Assembly (NCBI GenBank): GCA_008636045.1
Contig: SNRW01000028.1
Location: 1-39,079, forward strand
Direction: 5' to 3'
From: Streblomastix strix
Taxonomy: Eukaryota
DNA length: 39,079 nucleotides
Under the pieces are notes generated by a model. That model did no database searches. It was not told the DNA's origin and worked only from the letters and a program-made list of their open reading frames with translations. Positions 28,666-39,079 of this stretch are shown one piece after another. A program made the translations under genes and the position numbers. Within the stretch, counting starts at the first letter, position 1, and every line of letters starts with the position of its first letter.

Positions 28666-30093
28666 ATGGAGTTTAATGATGATAGTTACTCTGGTGATTT
28701 TGCATGCTTCTTCACTCCTGATATAACACCGAAAAAAATTGCTGTTTAGCGACTTACTCGATCATTAGATTTGAGTTACAATAGAAATAGTAAAATCAAG
28801 AATGATTTCTTCTGTGATATCACAAATATTTAATCTTCATCTCTAATATCACCAAAGAAAGAACGTGGATCAAATAAATAAAGATTTATTCAATCATAAG
28901 AGGAAAATGAGACGTTGAAAAAAGAAATACAATAAATGAGAATTGCCATGAATGATATTGAAGAGTAGCTTGTAATAGAACAATCAAAAGCATAGAAACT
29001 TGATTAAGAGAACAAAAGTCTTAAAAAATAGCTCAATGAATATGGAGGATCTATATCAAGAAGAAGTAACAGAGAAACAATTGATAAAGAAATTCACTAA
29101 GAATCATTTGAAATTGATAAATATTGGGATGAACGAACTTCCAACAGCGGAATTGAACTCCAACTTAAGTTTGAAATGACTGAACTTAGAGTCAGATTGG
29201 AAGAGAGTGAAAGAAAGGCATAAAAACTTGGTTTCTTGTTATCAGAAGCATTAAGAAAACTTCAAATGTAATCATATGAACATGATATAAACTCTCTGAG
29301 AACTGCAGAAAAGACTCCATATGCACCATCTACACTTATTTCTGTTACTAATCAGCCATCTAATAACATTCCATCATTTACAACAAGATCACTTCACAAT
29401 CTTACGTCCAATTAAAATAGTTTATATGGACATTAGGACTAAACTGATAACGCAGATTAAGCAAGAATGGTTTTTGCACCAAACACTCCAATTGATGATT
29501 CATAATAAGATACACAACATTAGAATCTCATTCCTTATTCTCATCCACTAACATATACCAACCATAACAAAATACCACCATTGAATTAATCTTAGACATC
29601 AGATCAAACATAGTTTGAGTTCTTTATCACAGAAAGGTCTGTAAAGAATAATTCAAATAACATTACAAGTAATATATAATGTAATCCTGATTCATCTCCA
29701 CGATCTTTTACGCCTTTTATGAATGAATAAGAATAATTAATTCCAAATACTGAAAGAGACCCTTAAAATGATTATGTATAAAAGCCAAGAGAATAAATGA
29801 AAGAAAATAAAAAATCATATTTTATTTAGGAATAATAACCCAATTTGAATAATGTTATCAATGTTCCACATTCAAGATGCTTGATGAATGTTGGAAAAGG
29901 AATGAAATACGGTGAAATTGAACAACCTGCCCAAATTGCTGCAAAATAGACAGCTCAGATTTCTCAGGTCTCAGTTTTTTAACAGTTGGCTGATTAGTTG
30001 CAAGCTAACAAGCTCTTGATGATTAGTTAAGGAAGTCGTAGAGCAAAGAACTCACACAATCATTATTCACTTCATAATAAATAAGATGTATGA
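28666..30093 (+). CDS. Hypothetical coiled-coil protein (~475 aa), intronless
   Basis: Code-6 frame MEFNDDSYSG...QEENETLKKEIQQMR...LRVRLEESERKAQKL...NKQDV*. Confidence 0.75.
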
Positions 30094-30338
30094 ATAATAT
30101 AAAAGCCTATTAATTGTGATCTCTTAATATGAATGATCTTGTAAAACAAAAATTTGATAAAAATACAATTTGTTAAATTAATTTTTTATGTAACTTGCTA
30201 TTTTTTGTTTATTATTACACAATAGATGGATTATTTATTGTATAGGATTAACGGCTATGATCATTGACATGGTTATTTTGGTTCAATTTATTTATTTCAT
30301 TTATTGAATAATAAAATAAAATTACAGTATAAACAAAT

Positions 30339-33300
30339 TCAAAAATCTGAATCATCGTCACCAGTTGTGTCTTAGTTCTTCTTTTTTACACGCTATGAAA
30401 TAAGATCTATTGTACTTATTACTGGCGGTTTAGCAACTGAAGTGCCCACGTTAGGCTTCTTTGGTGATTATTTAACTGAATTTGAATTTGTTTATGAATT
30501 TGTTTATGAATTTGGTGTTGGAATTGAGTGAGGAGTAATAACTGATCCTGCAAATTCATCTTCATCTTTATTTCCAATATCATCAAGTCCTTCAGATGAT
30601 GCAAACATTGAATCAAATTATGGAGCTGTAGATTATTTTCTAAATGAATTTTTTCTCGCAGATGCACTTTTCTTGGGCGTTGATTTAGCTTTTGGTGTTG
30701 GTAATTTTGGTTTTGGTTTATTTTCATCTTCTTTTTATGTTTCTTTTTTTGAAATTTGTTGTTTATTTTTATCATTTTCTTTGTTTTTATTTTCAAAATC
30801 CATATCATCTTCCATGAAATCAAAGAAAATATCATCTTTCTTAGATTATTTCTCTGTTGCATTTGGTTAATTGTCATTTTTACTATTGTCTTTATTTAAG
30901 TTTTCGGATTTGTTTGGCTTTGAAATTTATTATTTTGTTGGAGTTGATACTTTTGGCGATGATTTGATTGATGATGTTGATTATTTCCTGTTTAATTGTT
31001 TCTTATCTTGAATGTTGCTTTCTATTTATCCTTTTCCTTCTCTTTCACTGTTATTATCATCTTTTTATTAATTATTTCCTATATTTTTATTATCTTTACT
31101 TTTAGCCTCATTTTTCTAGATATTTTTCATAGATGTTAATAAATCATTAGATCCTTTAGAATTAGATACTGTTGTATTTGTTGGTAGTTTTGATTGAGAG
31201 AAAGTTTTTGAAAGTGATAAAGAAGAAGATGATGACGATTTCATTAGATTATTATTATTTCTATCATTCATATCATTCATATTATTAATCATATTATTAT
31301 TATTCATATTATTCTTATCAATATTATTATTCATATTATTATTCATATTATTATTCATATTATTGTTCATATTAATATTCATATTATTATTTGATTAATA
31401 TGAAGGTATGGGTTTTGAAGGAGGAGGAGGAGTTGGAGTATTTCCTGGAGATGGTGTTTCAATTCTCAATTATAATTTATTGGATGAATTCTTTCTCTGT
31501 TGAAGTGATGATTATTCTTATAAGTATTATTGCTCTTATTATTATTAGAATTATTCTGATTAGTACTTTTGTGGTGACGATTAATTATATTACAATGTTT
31601 GATCTAACATTTAAGGTTATTAATAAGGAGTTATTCCTGATTATTGAGGATAAGTAGATGATGTAAAGGTTGTTTATGATGGAGACTTAGAAAATGGAGT
31701 GTTTTATTTTTGCTGCTGTGTTTATTGCAACTGTTATGATTAATCTAATTACATTGAAGTTGATTATTTCTCTGAAGGTTTATTTGATGTGAATGTTTTA
31801 TCTATTTCATTCTCATTATGAAGTTTTTTCTTTTTATTTTCTATTGCACTTTCATTCACTCTTTCCTTTTCTATGTCTTTAACTATTTTATTATTATTCT
31901 AATTTTATTTATCTTTCTCCTTAATTTAATCTTCATCTTCATATTTTGAGTTGAATTTTTCCTATTATCTTCTTTTTTCAATCTTTTTCTTTTATGAGTT
32001 TATTTGATCATCGTCATCATTATTATCTGATTATTAATTTTCAATGTATTTTTCATTTCTTCTATTTTTACTTTAACTTTTTCTGCTTTTTTATTTATTA
32101 TCTACACTGCTTTTTCTTCTTTACTTATTTTTCTCATTATTTCTTAATTTATTCTTCTCTGAACTATAATCATTCGAAGAATCATCAATAGATCTTTAAT
32201 CTTTCTTTCTTTCCTTACTATATCTTACATTAGTTCTTTCTTTATCTCTTTTATTCTTTCTTTTTCTATCTTAGTCTGTTTCATCAGATTCAGTTTCACT
32301 TTCAATTAAGCTTTTTTACTATTTTCTGCTTTTTTCTCTCAACTTTCTCATTTATTTATCTGAATCTCTTTCAATATTCTTCTTTTTCAGATCATTATCA
32401 TATTTTATCTCATTTTTAAATCTCTTTCTTTCTTTTTCTTTCTCTCTTTCAATCTGCTTATTTCTCTTTTGTCCCAATAATTCAGTTAATTCTAATGACG
32501 ATATGGACTATGATGATAATGAAGATAATGATGAAGATGATGATGATTATGATGATGATTAAGATGTTTATGACGATGAATGATGATGCTTGTGATGCGA
32601 ATTTTATTTCTTCTTTTTCTTTATTTTATTTTTATTTGAATTTGATTCACTATTACTCGATTAATTAGAATTATAATCTGAATATCTTTTTTATTTCGTT
32701 TTTTAATCTTTTCTTTTTCTTCTTCTCTTCTTTTCTTTTAATTCTTCTTCATCTTCTTCTTCATCAATTATTTATTTTCTTTTTCTTTTCCCATCCCTTT
32801 TCCCAATATTATTAATCAATTCTTTAAATTTCTATTTCTTTTCTAATCTTTTTTTCTTTCTTAATTTCTTCTTCTTTCTTTATTGACTTTCTGAATCAGA
32901 GTCTAAAAGATTGGAAAGTGAAGAATTATCTGAGTTAAGTTTAGATTATTATGATGAAGATAATTGTTAATAATTATTTGGAGATTATGATTATAATGAT
33001 GAAGATTATTATTGTGCAGTGTGAAATGGCTATTAATTCTTTTCCAATAGATATGAATGCATTAATGATGAAGATTAATGTGGATAATATTATGAGGACT
33101 ATAGCAATTGAGGTTGAGAAATCAATGGACGGGTTTGAAATGAGGGAGCATTGATTGAAAACGGTTTATAAGAAGAATTCAAAATTGGATTTTGCTGAAA
33201 TGATGTGTTTTATTATTAAAAAGTAAATCCTGGTCTTTGTTGTGAGTGTTTTTCATTTCTATTATTTATATTTTCTTGTCTTATATATGATGGAGACAAG

Positions 33301-33614
33301 GATCTTGGAGGAGATTTTGAAAATGAAGAATTATTTAGAATCGAATTTTACTGGGGAATGTTTGATTGTGAAATGTCACTCTAGGATGAATTAAGCAAAG
33401 ATAATGATGCATTTGTCTTTTATATGATGTCATTTAATTCCTTCATCGATAATTATGAAAGATTATTGATTTTGGTTCAATTTATTGTAGATCTAGAATT
33501 AGAAGATGGGCGTTATGGAACTTAAACATTCATTTATGGAGATGAAAAACTTTTCTACTTGTCATCTTACATTTATCTAGAGCCAATGAACTCATAATAG
33601 CGTTATTTCCGCAT
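30339..33614 (-). CDS. Hypothetical ~1090-aa low-complexity S/Q/P- and K/E-rich protein; one in-frame TGA at 33477-33479 (alternative start ATG 33446)
   Basis: Start and end lie in the same code-6 frame, ending ...QDTTGDDDSDF*. Includes MNNN repeats (ORF track 31116-31382 is in this frame). Confidence 0.72.
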
Positions 33615-34406
33615 TTCAAGATTTTTTTCCTATGTTAAAGAGGAAATAAGAGGAAAAGATCTAAAATTAAAGTTCAAACATATTTCTGAATATCACTCAA
33701 CTATTTATTCTGTTACATAAAAGATTAATTTTGTGTTTTTTTTCAATAGGGAGTATAATTCTACAAACAAATATGAAAAAAAATAAAAAATAAAGAAATA
33801 ACGAAGAGAAATCAGAGTAACTTTCAAATTTGAAGCTTTAGTTTTAATATGATTTTATGAACATTTTTTAGTAATATAATAAACTTTTAATAGTATCGGT
33901 ATGGATAAAAAGTTAAGTCTTTTTTGTAAAATTCGGACAGCTTGATGAACAGCAATTGTATTATATTTTAGTCAATTATTTATAAAAAAATTTAAGTGTT
34001 GAAGTAAATTATAAACTTATTAAATAAAATTAAAGTGTGTTAAATAAATTTGAAATTTCTTTCATTCGATTATCTTAAAAACTTCAATCGAAATTGATTA
34101 TTACTTTAATTGTTCATTTTTTTATCTGCAAAATTAAATTAATAGTAATTAATTCTAAAATATGAAGTGAAATTTTGATAATATAATTCATATTATGAAA
34201 TAAATTGTTAAAAGAATATAAATTGAAACAGCACTTGATAATTTCAAGTTTTAACTACTTTATTTAACTCATGAATAAAGTCAACGATACAGAATTTGAA
34301 GTGTGTGTATGTTTTATCAAAGAAGATATGTTAATGAGTGAGCAGTTGAAAAAAATAAGATGAATCAGAATCATAATCAGTTATTGTATAATGAAAATCA
34401 ATTATT

Positions 34407-36789
34407 TCATTGTACCACTTTTTTATCTGATAAGTTGAATCCATTTTTCTCTATCTCAACACGATTATCTAGAAAATAATAATAAAGAAAAAAATATAAT
34501 AATTATAATATTGCATTAATTTGTCATATAAACCTGAATTTTGAGAGAGACATCTAAGAGCATGCTCAACTTCTTCATCATTTCGATCAGAAATAGATTT
34601 GAGATGAGTTATTATTTTTTTTCTCATTGTTTTATCTTCTATTTTTTATGCTTTGAAAACAATACCAAGGCATATTGATGCAGTATCTTTAGAGGTTTTT
34701 AAGTTTCTTTTGAATAATGAGTAGATCTTCTCAATTCCTCCTACGGATATTAATCCATTGTAATATGGATGAACTTGATTCTCATCCAATCCAATTGTTC
34801 CTCCATACATTATATTCACCATTGCATTTATTGATTCATTTACAAATTTTGTGTTTTTATGATCCAAAAGACGAAGAAGAAAATCAAATGATTTCTTATC
34901 AACTAATATTCTGCTCATTTCTGCACTATATGGCCAAGTGAATTGAAAGAAAGCCAGAAAGTGAAAATACAATATTTCATCCAGATTACGTGTTGTGAAT
35001 ATGTTATGTAATGCTTCAATAATTCCTGAGTTAGCTGCATTGTTACGAATTTCAGCATCTTTTCTATTTTACAATAATTTATCGAGGAATTCGAATTCAT
35101 TTTCTTATAGTTTTTTGGTACGTTATTTCTCCTCATCAATTCCTTCAATTGATTTTAATAAATCTCTTGCTATAATTGCAAAGATGGTATTTTGGTTTTC
35201 TAATCATATATAATAAAAGAGAATAAAATGTTAATATAATCATTAGACTAATAAAATTTTATAGATAATAATGATACTAATTATATTTAACTACCTGGAC
35301 ATTCTATCAGAAAGCCAATTTCATGGAAATTATTTTCCAAAATTAGATTACGAATAATAATTTCATTAAGATCTGTTTAAAGAGGATGTGATTTGAAGAG
35401 AATGGCAATTATTAATGCAACTTTATTATGAATATTATGATCATTTTCATTTTAAAACAACTTAAATAACTGTTCAATGATTCCTTCTTCTCTTAATTAA
35501 GAATAAAAAGGATGTTATTATCTTTCTTGTAATTTTTCAATTTATAATTTTAATATCTTTAATATTGTTTATGTTGAATATTATTTGATGTTTTCATCTT
35601 CAGAAATTATTAATACCATGAAATGTTTGATAAGTTCAATATTACTTTCTTAAACCGTTTCATTTATCATATCAAAGATTTTCTATGCTTTTATTCCTAA
35701 TTATTCTTCAGATCCCACATTAATGCCAACTTTAAAACGTATTTCATATTTCATCTTTTCAACAAATTAATTCTCTTCGTTAAACATTCCAACATTGCAT
35801 TTAATTGCAAGTGCAACTTTTCTTTTACTCTAATATGAACCATATTATAGTAAAGGATGTGCAAGAGTTAGATATTTAACATTATATTATCCATTTTCGA
35901 ATAGTTACAACTCATAGTTGCCTGCCAATATATCATCGTGGTTTTCTAAATTATACGATATATAATAGCATCAAATAATATATAAATTATTAGTCCAAAA
36001 AATTTAAAATATATTAATTAGAATTTAAATAAAACCTGAAAATTCTGCAATAAGAGTGAGAATATCACAATTATTACTCTATTTGAGTTCATTGATAATG
36101 TCAAATTTCAATTCTTGTGGAAGATGATGTGCTTTGTAAAGATATGAGAGCATTAATAATAAATCATAGTGAATATTTTACTTCTCTGAATCTTTGAAAT
36201 TGATTATTAACTGTGTGATTGTTCCATCATTTGTCAAATGTTCTAAAAATGGATGTTATTCTCCTTCATTTAATCCAACAATTCCTGTTTTAATTATTTA
36301 CTTTAATATTGAAACTGATGAATTAATTATTTTGACATCTTAAAAATCAAGCAACTTAACCATAAATTAAATAACTCCTTTATTTACTAATTTCTTTGAT
36401 TAGAAAGCAGGTAAATATTGGAAGAGATTTTTAATTGGCAAAAGATACCAATATTTAACTTTAGTTTTGCTAATTGAGTTAAGAAGAGTGATAATGTACT
36501 CAACAAAATCAGTTTATTCGATGATTAACCTTCCTGCTTCTTGATTATCAATAATTAATGAATAAACAACATTAGAGATGGCAATCATTATTCCTTCTAC
36601 TTCATTATCTTCTTTTTAAATAACCATTTTTATTTCTCTTTTTAACATATCAATTAATCCTACTCTAATCAACATCACAATATATTCTTTACTTTTATTG
36701 TCCATTGATCTTTTCACTTTGAAAAGCATTTCCATTCTTTTTGGGTCCACAAAAGTGGCTTCGAGGAGTTTTGCTTCATCAGCATATCT
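34407..36789 (-). CDS. ARM/HEAT-like repeat region; in-frame continuation of the upstream kinase gene past TGA 36790 (or a separate gene from ATG 36735)
   Basis: Repeated HP(F/Y)xxxLxxxGxIxxLxxxF units, three phase-1 introns, ends NRVEIEKNGFNLSDKKVVQ*. Confidence 0.78.
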
Positions 36790-39079
36790 TCAGTCTGACA
36801 TTTTAAGTCTACTAATTGTCTCAGAATTGATTTCCTTACAGATGAGCTATTTGGCAATGGCAGAACCATATATATATAAATACATCAAACACTTGACTGA
36901 TTCTAATATCACTCCAGAGTCATATTACTCTCCATCATCTTATGCCCTATTTGAGTTTAATTTAAATATTAATATATAAAGAAAATTATAAAATTGAAGT
37001 GAATAAATATATTATTAAATAGAATAGAATTTTTGTATACTTAAAGAACTTTAGAATCGTTTCAATGAAATTTTAAGCAACTATTAGTTCATGGTTTTCT
37101 AAATCAAAAGAATAAAAAATATGCATATGAAATTGAGTGAAAATATTTAATAGTTATTTTCAAGTATTTTAGACAAAAAATTTAAATACTTTTATTTACT
37201 GCTAGAAATGAAATTGATTGAATAGCGCAAAGTTAAGCATATTAAATCATTCCCTCTTCTTCTTATAATTCATCTTCTTCCTCATCTTCTTCATCTTCTT
37301 CATCATCATCTTCATCTTCATCTTCCTCTTTAACTATTGAATGTACTTATTAGCATAGATATATTATTATTTGCTCTTAAATGTCAACAGGAAGCTAAGC
37401 TCCTTCAATAAATACAGCATCAAGAATCTTATAAACACCAATTCTTTATGCTCTATTATATTCATCCCCATTTAACAAAACATCATCAATTATTTTTCTC
37501 ATAATTCCTTGTTTTTCAAGAGAACGAAGATAAGGATGAGGAAGAAGAAGAAGCTTCTGTAATTGAGATGAAAGATTTTAAAATGATGAAGATGAATCTT
37601 AAGAAGAATCTAATTTTAGTGATAAATCTGAAGAATCTGTGCTGAATGATGATGAAATTTGCTGTGAATTTGTATCAAATAAAAGAAATGAATCACAATT
37701 TACTTAGTTCCATCCATTCTTCATCAAATCCAATAATGCACTGAGACATTCACCTTGAATATAACTAAATCTATTCGATAAAGCAGAAGTAAGAGCTTAA
37801 ATTGCTCCCATTTAATATACTTTATACAATTAATTAGATGTAGCATAATGACAAATACTCTAAATTGCACTTGTAAAATCAGATGGAATTTTATAGTCTT
37901 TTATACGAAGCGCCAAATTAACCAACTCTACTAATACCCCTGTTTACATAGAAATATCAATTTCATGTTCATTTCTCACATTATATTTTACTATAGTAGC
38001 AATTGTAGTGGTTATTTCATTTCTTATTTTCTTAATTTCTTCTGTTATTTAGTCTTTCTCTTAGATCTCAAATGAACGCACTGATCTCAAAGCTTCGGAT
38101 AATTATTCAAATAATTCAAGAGTGATATTTTTTACTTCGTTTAAAGATTCAACTTCTTTTTAGATTAAATTAAGTTCATCAAGAGTAACAGGTTTTGTTT
38201 CGGATAATTTTATTATTTTATTTTCTTTTTTAATATTTTCTTCTTTTTTTTTTTCTTTCTCTTTATATTTTATTATATTTTCTTTGATCATAGCAAAATT
38301 CATCAAATATTCTGTTGTTGGACGTTTAAGACAGTCCTATTTATTATTTAAATAAAATATTATAATTAAAATTAAAATTTTTTAAAAAAAAAAAAATAAA
38401 TAAATAAAAAATATTAAATATTAAATTGTAAATTGTAAATGTATTAAAAGTAATTCATACAATATGCAACATATTCGAAATAAGTTTATTCATATCTGAC
38501 GGAACCCAATCCGGTATTTATTTTGATTTTCCTTATTTTATATTATCAATCGTTTCTTGTTCATTTCCACAATAAAATGGATGTATTCCAGTCAGTAATT
38601 CAAAAATAACAATTCCACATGCATATATATCTGATTCATATCCCATTCTCAAATCAATAAATAAAATAAAATAAAATAAAATAAACATAAATAATCAAAT
38701 ATAAAAATATTTCATACTTTCCATCCAAATAAACTTCAGGTGCAAAGTAAAATCTTAAATTATTCAAAAAATTAGAATGAAATTTAATAAATATTAATAA
38801 ATATTATTAAATATTAATAAATATTATTAAATATTATTAAATATTAAAAAATAATATAGTATATATTTATTTATATAAATAATATTCAAACAACGTTCCT
38901 TCAGCTTTTGCATAATAATCTTTATCAAAAAGTTGTTTTGATAATCCAAAATCACCTATAAAATATAAATTTGGGAAATATATATTTTTAGTAATTTGTT
39001 TGTAAAATATGAAATAGGAAAATTTATACCTAGTCGAACACTTCCATCTTCCATAACGAAGATATTCTCTGGTTTAATA
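36790..39079 (-). CDS. Ser/Thr protein kinase (NEK/CAMK-like) with C-terminal ARM-like repeats; 5' part outside the window
   Basis: IKPENIFV, RLG|DFGLSK, GT|FYFAPE, SDIYACGIVIFELLTGIHPF, KRPT across spliced exons, followed by helical repeats and an acidic run. Confidence 0.9.
38786..38847. repeat. 10-bp AT-only tandem repeat in a kinase intron
   Basis: About six AATATTA(A/T)TA units. Confidence 0.7.

Noticed and set aside
28574..28705. Upstream ATG 28705 plus in-frame TGA 28574 as a third readthrough case
   Set aside because: It would overlap the start of the opposite-strand gene at 28666, so the extension is probably fortuitous.

Overview
AT-rich, intron-containing eukaryotic DNA that reads properly only with TAA/TAG = Gln and TGA as the sole stop (ciliate/hexamita code, table 6), so the supplied ORF track is mostly uninformative. 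Code, short AT-rich GT-AG introns and gene content suggest an oxymonad such as Streblomastix (inference). Positions 1 to about 8.8 kb hold a decayed endogenous dsDNA virus of Polinton/PLV type, already written in the host code. It carries a tail-fibre-like repeat gene, two small genes, a Fic gene and a Prim-Pol + D5/SF3 helicase gene bracketed by ~130-bp iteron-rich direct repeats. A 371-bp element with perfect 26-bp AGTAGT-type inverted ends sits at its edge. The rest is host genes: two giant paralogous Q/N-rich proteins with a C-terminal cold-shock/OB-like domain flanking an AMPK-gamma gene, a DPH2-like gene, a UBA-like/thioredoxin fusion, MBF1, three hypothetical genes and a protein kinase + ARM-repeat gene. 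Two host reading frames each contain one in-frame TGA. All translations and alignments were done by eye and no database search was run.
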